A DNA stretch of 64,000 bases, taken from contig CANJSG010000003.1 of NCBI GenBank assembly GCA_947476875.1, forward strand, positions 177 to 64,176. The letters run 5' to 3'. The notes under the pieces were generated by a model. That model made no database searches. It saw only the letters and a program-made list of their open reading frames with translations, and was not told the DNA's origin. The position numbers were made by a program, and so were the translations under genes. The stretch comes from Verrucomicrobiota bacterium. Its GTDB lineage: Bacteria > Verrucomicrobiota > Verrucomicrobiia > Limisphaerales > CANJSG01. Positions 37,283 through 48,159 of this stretch are shown here, piece after piece; the stretch's first letter is position 1, and each line of letters starts with the position of its first letter.

Positions 37283-39856
37283 ATGAAGAGGTTCTTCCAT
37301 GCGTTGACGGCGGCGCTGCTGATGCCGATCGGCGCCGGCGCGGCCGAACCGCCGGACCCGAGGCGCCATTTCATCGATCTGGTGAAACCGCTTCTGGAGG
37401 GCCGCTGCATCAGCTGCCACGGACCGGACAAGGTGAAGGGCGGACTGCGTCTCGACTCCCGTGCGGCCATCATCAAAGGAGGGGACACCGGTCCTTCCGC
37501 CGTCCTCGGCAAACCGGCCGAGTCGCTTCTGGTCGCGGCCGTGATGCATTCCAACAAGGACCTGACGATGCCGCCCAAGGAGAAGCTCACGCCTCGCGAC
37601 ATCGCGGTGCTCGAGCGATGGATCCGGGACGGGCTCCCTTGGCCCGACAACTCGCCCGCGACGACCGCCGTCGCTGCGCCGGCCAACGGACCCCGCCTCG
37701 GCGACGCGTGGACCGATGCCCGCAATCCGATCGTCAAGATCTTCGGCGGTCAGCGCCTTGATCTCTGGTCGTTCAAACCGGTGACGAATCCACCGCTTCC
37801 CAAGGTCAAAAAAACTTCCTGGGTCCGATCGGATCTTGATCGCTTCACGCTCGCGCGCCTCGAGTCGGCCCAGGCCAAGCCCGTGCCAGAGGCCGATCGC
37901 CGGACGCTGATGCGGCGCCTCTCCTTCGACCTTACGGGGCTGCCGCCGACGCCGGAACAGGTCGCGGAGTTCGAGCGGGACCGAAGTGGCGCATCGGTGG
38001 ATCGCCTGGCGGAACGCCTCCTGGCCACGCCGCGTTTCGGTGAACACTGGGCGCGCCTGTGGCTCGACACGGTGCGCTACAGCGACAGCAATGGTTTCGA
38101 CTGGGACGAGTTCCGGCCCCAAGCGTGGCGCTACCGCGACTACGTCATCCGGTCGCTCAACGCGGACAAGCCCTTCGACGAGTTCATCCGCGAACAACTG
38201 GCGGGCGACGAACTGCTCAGTGGCGCTCCGGCCACGGCGGCCGACCGCGACCGCCTCATCGCCACCGGCTTTCTCCGGCTCGGCCCGCACGACAACTCGG
38301 CGCCCACATTCAACGAGCAGGACCGTAGCCGTGCCGAACTCATGGCCGACCTCGTCGAGACCACCGGCGGCGCGCTGCTGGGCCTGACGCTGTCGTGCTG
38401 CCGCTGCCACGACCACAAATACGATCCGCTGTCCCAAGCCGACCATTTCCGACTCCGGGCGTTCTTCGAGCCGGTGAAGTTCGCCGATGACCTGCCGCTG
38501 AACTCCGGGCCCGACCAGGATTCCATCCGTTCGTTCAACACCGGGCTCGACGGAGAACTCAAGCCGGTCCGCAAGGGCCGCGACGAGCTCGCCGCTTCAA
38601 TCCGCAAACGCCTACGCGACGCCAAGGTCTCAACCCTTTCGTCCAACGAACAGCGATTGGTCTCATTGCCCAAAGACCGCGTCACCGAGGCGGAGAAGTC
38701 GAATCGGGCGACTCTGGAGAAGAAGGTCGAAGTCTCCGACAAGGAGATCGACGCCGGCCAGACGAAGGATGAAAAGGCCCGGCGCGAAGAGCTCTCAAAG
38801 CTGATCGCCGCGATCGACAAACGGCGGCGCTCCTTTGAAACGGGCCTGTTGATGACCGACGGCACGAACAGCCCGCCGCCGACACGCATCCTGTTCCAAG
38901 GCGACCACAAGTCGCCGCGCGATCCGGTGCTGGCGGGTTTTCCATCCATCCTCGATCCGAATCCGGCCGCGTTCGCCAAACCTGCCAATCCGTCCACATC
39001 GGGCCGCCGGCTCGCGCTGGCCGAATGGATCGTGTCCGGCCGGAATCCCCTGACGGCCCGCGTCTTCGTCAACCGGGCCTGGACCGCGCTGATGGGCCGG
39101 CCTCTCGTCGATACTCCCAACGACTTCGGATTCGCCGGCGCGAAGCCGACGGATGCTGCGCTGCTGGACCACCTCGCCTCCGAGTTTGTCCGCGATGGCT
39201 GGAGCGTGAAGCGACTGGTCCGGCGGATCGTTTCCAGCTCGACCTATCGTCAGGCCGCGACGCCGCACGTGGAACGCGAGGAACTTTCTTCGGCTTTGCG
39301 CCAACCGCGCCGGCTCACGGCGGAGCAGCTACGGGATTCGATCCTTCAAGTCTCGGGCCTGCTGACTGCACGAAGCGAAGGCCCGCCTGTTTGGCCGGAT
39401 ATTCCCCACGAAGTGCTCGAGGCGAACCCCGCCATTCTCGACGACAACAAGGAGAAGACCAAGGGCTGGTATCCCTCGGCGAAGGAGGAGCAGTTCGCGC
39501 GGAGCATTTTCCTCGTTCAAAAGAGGAACACCCGCGTGCCCCTCCTGGAGGCCTTCGACCAACCGGACAACGCCGTGCCCTGCGCGAAACGAGCCGTATC
39601 CACCGTCGCACCCCAGGCTCTGACGCTGTTGAACGGCCCTCTCGCCATTGCCGCCGCGAATGCTCTGGCTGCCCGGGTGGAACGCGAGGCCGGTGGCGAC
39701 CGGAAGAAACAGGTCCAATCCGCCTTCGCCCTGGCCTATCAACGGAAGCCAGACCGGGCCGAAGCGGCCGCGTGCCTTGAGCTTATCAATTCACGAGGCC
39801 TGCCCGATCTCTGCCGCGCCCTGCTCAACGCGAACGAGTTCGTCTATCTCGATTGA
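37283..39856 (+). CDS. PSCyt1/DUF1549/DUF1553 (PSD1) domain protein
   Basis: Planctomycete-type cytochrome c motif CISCHGPDKVKGGLRLD, DUF1549-like RRLSFDLTGLPPTPEQV, and DUF1553-like CCRCHDHKYDP. Confidence 0.85.
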   Translation: MKRFFHALTAALLMPIGAGAAEPPDPRRHFIDLVKPLLEGRCISCHGPDKVKGGLRLDSRAAIIKGGDTGPSAVLGKPAESLLVAAVMHSNKDLTMPPKEKLTPRDIAVLERWIRDGLPWPDNSPATTAVAAPANGPRLGDAWTDARNPIVKIFGGQRLDLWSFKPVTNPPLPKVKKTSWVRSDLDRFTLARLESAQAKPVPEADRRTLMRRLSFDLTGLPPTPEQVAEFERDRSGASVDRLAERLLATPRFGEHWARLWLDTVRYSDSNGFDWDEFRPQAWRYRDYVIRSLNADKPFDEFIREQLAGDELLSGAPATAADRDRLIATGFLRLGPHDNSAPTFNEQDRSRAELMADLVETTGGALLGLTLSCCRCHDHKYDPLSQADHFRLRAFFEPVKFADDLPLNSGPDQDSIRSFNTGLDGELKPVRKGRDELAASIRKRLRDAKVSTLSSNEQRLVSLPKDRVTEAEKSNRATLEKKVEVSDKEIDAGQTKDEKARREELSKLIAAIDKRRRSFETGLLMTDGTNSPPPTRILFQGDHKSPRDPVLAGFPSILDPNPAAFAKPANPSTSGRRLALAEWIVSGRNPLTARVFVNRAWTALMGRPLVDTPNDFGFAGAKPTDAALLDHLASEFVRDGWSVKRLVRRIVSSSTYRQAATPHVEREELSSALRQPRRLTAEQLRDSILQVSGLLTARSEGPPVWPDIPHEVLEANPAILDDNKEKTKGWYPSAKEEQFARSIFLVQKRNTRVPLLEAFDQPDNAVPCAKRAVSTVAPQALTLLNGPLAIAAANALAARVEREAGGDRKKQVQSAFALAYQRKPDRAEAAACLELINSRGLPDLCRALLNANEFVYLD

Positions 39857-39863
39857 TGCCAAC

Positions 39864-39894
39864 GAAAAAGGCCGCCGGACAAAGTCCGACGGCC
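39864..39894 (-). terminator. rho-independent terminator candidate at the convergent junction, best fit to the end of the sdh operon
   Basis: On the minus strand, GGCCGTCGGAC-ttt-GTCCGGCGGCC (one mismatch) is followed by TTTTTCGTT. Confidence 0.55.
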
Positions 39895-39912
39895 TGCTTG
39901 TCGGAGAGTGCC

Positions 39913-40689
39913 TCAGCCCGCGCCGCCGCCCGCCGTCTTCTTGGGCTCGCCCTTGAACAAAGCCACGGCGTAGTCGCGGTTCATGCGGGCGATGAAGTCG
40001 AGGGAGATTTCCTTCGGGCAGACCGCCTCGCAGCTCCCGGTGATCGTGCAACTACCGAAGCCTTCGGCGTCCATCTGGTCCACCATCGCCTTCACGCGCT
40101 TGTAGCGCTCGGGTTGGCCCTGGGGCATGAGGCCGAGGTGCGAGACCTTGGCGGCGACGAAGAGCATGGCGCTGGCGTTCTTGCACGCCGCCACGCAGGC
40201 GCCGCAGCCGATGCACTGGGCGGCATCCATCGCTAGATCGGCATCCTCCTTCGGCACCGGGATGCTGTTCGCGTCGGGCGCGGCACCAGTGCGAACGCTG
40301 ATGAAACCGCCGGCGTGCTGGATGCGGTCGAATGCCTTCCGGTCGCAGACAAGGTCCTTGATGATCGGGAAGGCCTTGGCGCGCCACGGTTCGATGACGA
40401 TCTCGTCGCCGTTCTTGAACGAGCGCATATAGGTCTGGCAAGTGGCCACACCCTTGTGCGGACCGTGCGGCTTGCCATCGATGACGAGCGAGCAGGTGCC
40501 GCAGATGCCTTCGCGGCAGTCGTGGTCGAACGCGATGGGCTCCTCGCCCTTGATGGCCAGGTCCTCGTTGATCACGTCGAGCATCTCGAGGAACGACATG
40601 TTCTCGTTCAGCTCGGGGGACGAGTAGGTCTTGAACTCGCCGGCGGAGGTCGCGTTCTTCTGCCGCCAGACTTTGAGGGTCACTTTCAT
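39913..40689 (-). CDS. sdhB: succinate dehydrogenase / fumarate reductase iron-sulfur subunit
   Basis: Cluster motifs [20 protein letters not shown] and [12 protein letters not shown]. Confidence 0.9.
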   Translation of the reverse strand: MKVTLKVWRQKNATSAGEFKTYSSPELNENMSFLEMLDVINEDLAIKGEEPIAFDHDCREGICGTCSLVIDGKPHGPHKGVATCQTYMRSFKNGDEIVIEPWRAKAFPIIKDLVCDRKAFDRIQHAGGFISVRTGAAPDANSIPVPKEDADLAMDAAQCIGCGACVAACKNASAMLFVAAKVSHLGLMPQGQPERYKRVKAMVDQMDAEGFGSCTITGSCEAVCPKEISLDFIARMNRDYAVALFKGEPKKTAGGGAG

Positions 40690-41285
40690 GGGGAAACTTT
40701 CGCTCGGGACCGAGGCTTGGGCTTGGAAGCCGGCTCGGGAAGGTTTGTGTGAAATCCGATTTCGCGCTTCTGGGCCGGAGTCGGTGGCTCCATCAATTCG
40801 CGGATGGCGTCGAAGACGGCGCGGAACTGCTCGTCATACTTGCGTTCCAAGCTGGCCAGCTTCCGGGCCAAGTCGGCATGGGTGGAGAGCCACTGCCGCA
40901 GCTGCACGAAAGTCCGCATGATGGCGATGTTCACCTCGACGGCCCGCGGGCTGTTGAGAACGCCGGACAACATCGCCACCCCCTGTTCGGTGAAGGCGAG
41001 GACGCTCTTGGAATACTTGAGTTCGGCCTGCCCCGAGGATGTCACAGTTTGTGATATCCTCAGGATCTCTTCGCGGCCCAGGGCGAACATGAAGTCTTCG
41101 GGGAAACGGTTGATATTCCGTCGGACCGCCTGGTTCAGCACCCGGGTCTCAACGCCGTAAAGCTCAGCAAGGTCGCGATCCAGCAACACCTTCTGCCCCC
41201 GCACGAGCAGGATGCGGCGCTCAATGCGCTCGGCAGGAATCAGATTGGAGTCGGTGCTCATGTGCGGTTCGGAAGAGATCACCAT
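40686..41285 (-). CDS. ORF6N (KilA-N-related) domain DNA-binding protein, located inside the sdh operon
   Basis: [46 protein letters not shown] matches the ORF6N domain pattern. SD-like GGGGAG lies 7 nt before the ATG at 41285. The stop overlaps the sdhB start in ATGA. Confidence 0.8.
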   Translation of the reverse strand: MVISSEPHMSTDSNLIPAERIERRILLVRGQKVLLDRDLAELYGVETRVLNQAVRRNINRFPEDFMFALGREEILRISQTVTSSGQAELKYSKSVLAFTEQGVAMLSGVLNSPRAVEVNIAIMRTFVQLRQWLSTHADLARKLASLERKYDEQFRAVFDAIRELMEPPTPAQKREIGFHTNLPEPASKPKPRSRAKVSP

Positions 41286-41307
41286 CTGTGATCTCCCCGA
41301 GGGATGA

Positions 41308-43269
<1,962 letters not shown>

Positions 43270-43271
43270 GA

Positions 43272-43460
43272 TCAGTTACTTCGCTGCGCGATTGATCGGG
43301 AAGTCGTTTCGGAAGCCGGCGGAGAAGTCGGGTCGGCTGCGTGTGATTCTTTTTCCAAATTCTCCAATTGGACGAGCAGGCTGCCGATCTCCCGGATCTG
43401 CTCCATCGCAACAATGGACGCCTTCAAACGCGGCTTGGATGGGCGATTCTGCTTCGTCAT
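43272..43460 (-). CDS. 62-codon ORF filling the sdhC-sdhA gap
   Basis: My translation: [62 protein letters not shown]. It starts 11 nt after the sdhC stop and ends 2 nt before the sdhA start. GC3 is only moderate. Confidence 0.3.
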   Translation of the reverse strand: MTKQNRPSKPRLKASIVAMEQIREIGSLLVQLENLEKESHAADPTSPPASETTSRSIAQRSN

Positions 43461-43471
43461 GTCTTTGGGCC

Positions 43472-44266
43472 CTATTTCAGAACAAGAGCATCCGCTGGAC
43501 CCTGTTGCGGTGCGGATTGCTGCCCCAGCGGCATGTTCAAGCCGGCCTTGGCCCTGTCGGAATAGTCCCGGCCGAGTCCAAGAGTGATTGCGATCGGGAT
43601 CGAGATGTAGCCGATGAGGAGCGCGGTGCTGAAGACCTTCGCGAAGATCTGGATCCGCGGCCACCAGACGTGGTTCCGCAGTCCGAGCGACTGGAACATG
43701 GCCGACAAGCCGTGGCCGAGATGGACGAAGAGCAGCGCCTGCGCGATCAGGTAGAACAACGTCACCCACCAGACCCGGAATCCGAGGACCATCATCGCAT
43801 AGACGTCGGGAACTTCGCCCGCGTCCTTCAACTCCGTCTTCAACTTGGAGAAATCACCGAAGCCATTGATGCCCGGAAGCAGCGCGGTGAAGTGCGCGAG
43901 GTGGTAGACGACGAAGGCGAGGATCACGAGGCCGCTGACCATCATGTAGCGCGAGCGCCAGGCCGATCCGTAGGCCGCGCCCCCGGCGTAGGCGACGGGC
44001 CGGGCCGCCTTGGACTCCATCGCGAGGGAGATGACCGCGTAGAGGTGCAGGCCGACACAGGCGAGCAGGCCGAGCCGCGCACCCCAGACCATCAGCGGCT
44101 TCGATTTCAGGAAGTGCGCGTAGCCGTTGATGAGATCGGGCGGGCCGAAGATCTGCAGGTTTCCTGCGAGATGCCCGATCAGGAAGAAGAAGAGTCCGGC
44201 GCCCGTCAGTGCGGCGACGTATTTCCTCCCGAGCGACGAGTGGAAGATCTGTTGGACCAGGGTCAT
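43472..44266 (-). CDS. sdhC: succinate dehydrogenase cytochrome b subunit (b558-type, five TM helices)
   Basis: Start at MTLVQQIFHSSLGRKY. Multiple TM helices carry conserved His residues. It sits upstream of sdhA. Confidence 0.8.
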   Translation of the reverse strand: MTLVQQIFHSSLGRKYVAALTGAGLFFFLIGHLAGNLQIFGPPDLINGYAHFLKSKPLMVWGARLGLLACVGLHLYAVISLAMESKAARPVAYAGGAAYGSAWRSRYMMVSGLVILAFVVYHLAHFTALLPGINGFGDFSKLKTELKDAGEVPDVYAMMVLGFRVWWVTLFYLIAQALLFVHLGHGLSAMFQSLGLRNHVWWPRIQIFAKVFSTALLIGYISIPIAITLGLGRDYSDRAKAGLNMPLGQQSAPQQGPADALVLK

Positions 44267-44503
44267 GGTTTGGCTTGGTTTCGACCGTCGCTCCGGGGCC
44301 ATGCGTGGCATGGGACGGTTCGGCGGGCTTCCATTTCAATGACATACAACGGCTCAGGCCGACAAGCGTCAACGCCCCGTGTTCAGGTATAAGCCTCCCT
44401 TGGCCCCCGGTTACGCACCCTTATCGGGATTCCCAAGCCAAAAATCGCAGCGTTGATTCGTCCGCGTTTTGCCGTCTGATTACGTCCAACGAACAGGCCC
44501 GAC

Positions 44504-45094
44504 ATGATCCAGCTCACCTACCCCTTCACGGAAGCCCAGGTCCGCACCCTCAAGGTCGGCGACGAAGTCTCCATCTCCGGCGTCCTCTTCACCGGCCGTG
44601 ACGCCGTCCACAAATACCTGCACGAAGGCGGCGCGCTGCCCGCCGGCGTGAACCTGAAGGACGGCATCATCTACCATTGCGGTCCCGTCATGATGCCGCA
44701 GGCGGATGGTTCGTGGAAATGCACCGCCGCCGGTCCCACGACCTCCTACCGTGAAGAGCCTTACCAGTGGCAGATCATCCGCGACTTCGGTGTGCGCGGC
44801 GTCATCGGCAAGGGCGGCATGGGCGACCGCACGGTCAAGGCGTGCCTCGAACACGGCTGCGTCTATCTCCACGCCGTCGGCGGGGCCGCGCAGGTGCTGG
44901 CCGAGGCGATCAAGAAGGTCCGCAACGTGTATCTGAAGGAGGAGTTCGGTTCGCCCGAAGCCATCTGGGAACTCGAAGTGGAGAACTTCCCGGCCTTCGT
45001 CACCATCGACGCCCACGGCAACAGCCTCCACCGCGACGTCTTCGCCGCGAGCCAGGCGGAACTGCAGAAGCATCTGAGTCCGGCGGGGCACTGA
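44504..45094 (+). CDS. Fe-S hydro-lyase beta subunit (class I fumarate hydratase / tartrate dehydratase beta-type)
   Basis: GVLFTGRDAVHKYL...IYHCGP...GKGGMG motifs of the FumA C-terminal domain family. Confidence 0.85.
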   Translation: MIQLTYPFTEAQVRTLKVGDEVSISGVLFTGRDAVHKYLHEGGALPAGVNLKDGIIYHCGPVMMPQADGSWKCTAAGPTTSYREEPYQWQIIRDFGVRGVIGKGGMGDRTVKACLEHGCVYLHAVGGAAQVLAEAIKKVRNVYLKEEFGSPEAIWELEVENFPAFVTIDAHGNSLHRDVFAASQAELQKHLSPAGH

Positions 45095-45114
45095 GCTTCT
45101 AGGCGACGGCTCCC

Positions 45115-45846
45115 TCACCAAGGCGGCTGGCTCGCATCGGTTGCTCCGACCGCAGCCAACGCTTCGTCAGCCTTCTTCGCCGGTGCTTCGCTGGGGAGAA
45201 GGCGGTGCAGCGTCTTGCGGGGTTCCGGTTCCTTGTAGTGGCGCTTGAGGCCGCTCTCTTGCAGCGCGGCCGAAGGAACGCGGGCGATGAATTCGGCGAA
45301 GGTCTTCTCCACGCGGTCGCGCTGGAGCTTCTGGCCGGTCTTGGTCTGCCAGAATTCCTCCTCTATCTTGGCAAGGGCGCGCATGGCTTCGTCCGGCCCG
45401 AAATCTTCGCGGCGCGCAAGCAGCCAGATGAGTTCCGGATCTTCCGGCAGAGCGACGGGGAACGGCACGAAGGGCGTCTTTACTTCCTCCTCCTCGGCTT
45501 CGCCAGGAGGGACGACCTTGATGCGGTTGGTGATCTTCCGGTCTCCGGGCAGCGCGATCTCCACGGCGACGGCATCGCCCTTCTCGTTCGGCGTGACGAC
45601 GACGTTCTCGGCGCCGAAACGTTCCGCGAGGTGGCTCTCGTATTGGGAGACGGTGGCGGGTTCGAGATCGGGCAACGAGCCGGTGGCGCAGAACTTCTCG
45701 AAGGACTGGACGCTGTTGATGAGGCGGACTTCCTCGGCGACGCGTTCGTAGATGCTGGCGGCGAGGCGCTCGTCCTTGGTGGCCTTGGGCAGGACCTTCT
45801 GGAGGAGGTCAAGGAACTGCGCGTCGGACATGCCTTTGGTTTTCAT
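45115..45846 (-). CDS. hypothetical protein
   Basis: ATG at 45846 (MKTKGMSDAQFLDLL...). GC3 is high. I recognise no domain. The upstream part of ORF 45115..46038 runs into the repeat region. Confidence 0.5.
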   Translation of the reverse strand: MKTKGMSDAQFLDLLQKVLPKATKDERLAASIYERVAEEVRLINSVQSFEKFCATGSLPDLEPATVSQYESHLAERFGAENVVVTPNEKGDAVAVEIALPGDRKITNRIKVVPPGEAEEEEVKTPFVPFPVALPEDPELIWLLARREDFGPDEAMRALAKIEEEFWQTKTGQKLQRDRVEKTFAEFIARVPSAALQESGLKRHYKEPEPRKTLHRLLPSEAPAKKADEALAAVGATDASQPPW

Positions 45847-45983
45847 GGTGTCGGTCGGATGGGTGGAGAAACTTCGGGGGCGGGGTTGTGCCTCCTCGGT
45901 GGGGAAAGCGCAATGGGATTGAGGGCGGGGGCGGAAGTTAGCCGCGAAAAGGCGCAGAGGGCACAAGAGCAAGAGAAGTTCTA

Positions 45984-46170
45984 GTCGCAGCGCGACTCTG
46001 GAGAGTAGCCAGCCACGGAGTGGCTGGTAGCCGACCAATCAAAGAATCTCGTCCCGGAGGGACGAAGGAGATCGGTGCCTTCCGAAGTCCCTTCAGGACT
46101 CGGGAGAATTTTGGCCGACTACCAGCCACCTTGTGGCTGGCTACCCTCCAAAGTCCCTTCGGGACTGATG
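45984..46170. repeat. cluster of five short hairpin elements, including two copies each of two hairpin types
   Basis: GTCGC-agc-GCGAC (45984..45996). CCAGCCA-cggag-TGGCTGG (46009..46027) and CCAGCCAC-ctt-GTGGCTGG (46122..46140). TCGTCCC-ggag-GGACGA (about 46049..46065). AGTCCcttcaGGACT (46087..46101) and AGTCCCttcGGGACT (46152..46166). Confidence 0.6.
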
Positions 46171-46176
46171 CCCGCT

Positions 46177-46569
46177 CTACCAGGGAATCGTATCGAGCTT
46201 GTCGAGCAACGCGGCGTCGGCTGCGGGGAACGGGTAGCTGCGGAGGTTGTGGCGTGTCACCCAGGCCAACGCATGGCATCCGATGGCCTGCGGTTCGCCT
46301 GAAATGAGGCGGCAACGGAAGAAACGGAGAAGCACCAGCTTGTCCGGGTAGTCGTGGGAGATCTCCTCGATCAGTTCGCCGACCTCGACGGTGATGGCCA
46401 GCTCTTCCTGCAACTCGCGGACGAGGCAGGCTTCGAAGCTTTCGCCGGGCTCACGTTTGCCGCCGGGAAATTCCCAGAGCCCGCCGAGGTGCGCGTCGGG
46501 TTTGCGCTGGGTAATGAGAAGCCGGCCATCGCGAAACACGAGGCCGGCTGAAACTTCGATGCGCTTCAT
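46177..46569 (-). CDS. mutT: NUDIX hydrolase, 8-oxo-dGTP diphosphatase-like
   Basis: NUDIX box GGLWEFPGGKREPGESFEACLVRELQEELAI. Confidence 0.85.
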   Translation of the reverse strand: MKRIEVSAGLVFRDGRLLITQRKPDAHLGGLWEFPGGKREPGESFEACLVRELQEELAITVEVGELIEEISHDYPDKLVLLRFFRCRLISGEPQAIGCHALAWVTRHNLRSYPFPAADAALLDKLDTIPW

Positions 46570-46653
46570 GGAGCCAGATGCCGGATTCCAGATCCGGATT
46601 CCTGATTCGCCAAACCATCTGGCATCAGGATTCAGGTATCCGGCCTCGGCTTT

Positions 46654-47946
46654 TCACCGTCCCACGCTCTTGTAGATGAAGCCGAGCGCTTCCATTTCCT
46701 TCGGGTCGAAAAGATTCCGGCCGTCGAAAACGATCGGATGGCTCAGGGCCTTGCGGGTCCGGGTGAGGTCGAGCTTCTTGAACTCGGGCCATTCCGTGGC
46801 GATGACCAGCGCGTCGCAGCCGTCGGCCACGGCGTCCATGTCGTCCACGTAGGTGACCGTGTCCTTGAGGAGATCCTTGGCCTTCTCCATGCCCTTCGGA
46901 TCGTAGACCCGGAGTTTGGCGCCTTCCTTGAGCATCTTCTGGCAAAGCTCGATGGCGGGCGAGGTGCGGCAGTCGTCGGTGTTCTGTTTGAAGGCGAGGC
47001 CGAGGACGCCGATCTTCTTGTCGCGGAGAACCCAGAGGGTGTCGGTGATCTTTTTGAGGAAGCGCTCCATCTGGTTGGCGTTGATCCGCTGCACTTCCTT
47101 CAACAGGGCGAAATCGTAGCCGAGCGTCTCGGAAATCTTGATGAAGGCGCTGAGATCTTTCGGAAAGCACGAGCCGCCGAAGCCGATGCCGGCATTGAGG
47201 AAGCGGCGGCCGATGCGGATGTCCATGCCCATGCCGGTGGCGACTTCCTCGACGTTGGCGCCGGACGCTTCGCAGATGTTCGCGACGGCGTTGATGTAGG
47301 AAATCTTGAGGGCGAGAAAGGAATTGGCGGCGTGTTTGATCAGCTCCGCGGAGTTGATGTCGGTCACGATGATGGGTGCGCCGAAGGGGGTGTAGACCTC
47401 CTTCATCGCGGCCACAGGGCGCTGGCTGGTGGTGCCGATGACGACGCGGTCGGGCTTCATCAGGTCCTCGACGGCGAAACCTTCGCGGAGGAACTCGGGA
47501 TTGCTGACGACGTCGAATTCGACCTTGGACTTGCAGTAGCGTTTGATCGTCTCGGCGACTTTCTCGCCGGTCTTCACGGGGACGGTGCTCTTGTCGACGA
47601 TGATCTTGTAGCTGGTCATGGCCGCCGCGATGTCGCGGGCCACGGTCTCGATGTAGCTGAGATCCACGGAACCATCCGGCTGGGGCGGGGTCGGCACGGC
47701 GATGAAGACGACATCGCCTTTCTCGACGCCTTCCTTGGTGCTGGCGGTGAAGTTGAGGCGGCCGGCCGCGACGTTCTTCTTCACCATCTCCTCGAGGCCC
47801 GGCTCATAGATCGGGATGCCGCCCGCCTGGAGCATTTTTACCTTCGCCTCGTTGTTGTCGACGCAGTAGACCGTGTGGCCCACTTCGGCGAAGCAAGCTC
47901 CTGTCACCAACCCGACGTATCCCGTTCCGATGATTGTGAGTTTCAT
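46654..47946 (-). CDS. ugd: UDP-glucose 6-dehydrogenase
   Basis: MKLTIIGTGYVGLVTGACFAEVGH Rossmann N-terminus and catalytic region GFGGSCFPKD. Confidence 0.9.
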   Translation of the reverse strand: MKLTIIGTGYVGLVTGACFAEVGHTVYCVDNNEAKVKMLQAGGIPIYEPGLEEMVKKNVAAGRLNFTASTKEGVEKGDVVFIAVPTPPQPDGSVDLSYIETVARDIAAAMTSYKIIVDKSTVPVKTGEKVAETIKRYCKSKVEFDVVSNPEFLREGFAVEDLMKPDRVVIGTTSQRPVAAMKEVYTPFGAPIIVTDINSAELIKHAANSFLALKISYINAVANICEASGANVEEVATGMGMDIRIGRRFLNAGIGFGGSCFPKDLSAFIKISETLGYDFALLKEVQRINANQMERFLKKITDTLWVLRDKKIGVLGLAFKQNTDDCRTSPAIELCQKMLKEGAKLRVYDPKGMEKAKDLLKDTVTYVDDMDAVADGCDALVIATEWPEFKKLDLTRTRKALSHPIVFDGRNLFDPKEMEALGFIYKSVGR

Positions 47947-48102
47947 GATTTTTAAGCCGCCCGGCCTGTTTAAGGCTGATCGGCCGCCGCCCAATTACTT
48001 TTCAGTGGTTCGTTAAATCCATCCCCGATCGATGCTGCAACCGACATGAAGCGGGTCCGGGCCACCGTCAGGGCTCCCGCCCGGTTCTCTGGAATGTTTC
48101 CC

Positions 48103-48141
48103 CGAAAAAGCAAACAGCAGACCAGCCAAGCCGGTCTGCTG
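48103..48141 (-). terminator. rho-independent terminator candidate after the TPR-like gene
   Basis: On the minus strand, CAGCAGACC-ggcttggct-GGTCTGCTG is followed by TTTGCTTTTTCGG. Confidence 0.55.
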
Positions 48142-48159
48142 TCGAAAACCTGCTTCTGC

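Noticed and set aside
45984-46170. Possible CRISPR array
   Set aside because: The repeats are short self-complementary hairpins of several types with irregular spacing. They are not a regular repeat-spacer array, and there are no cas genes in the window.
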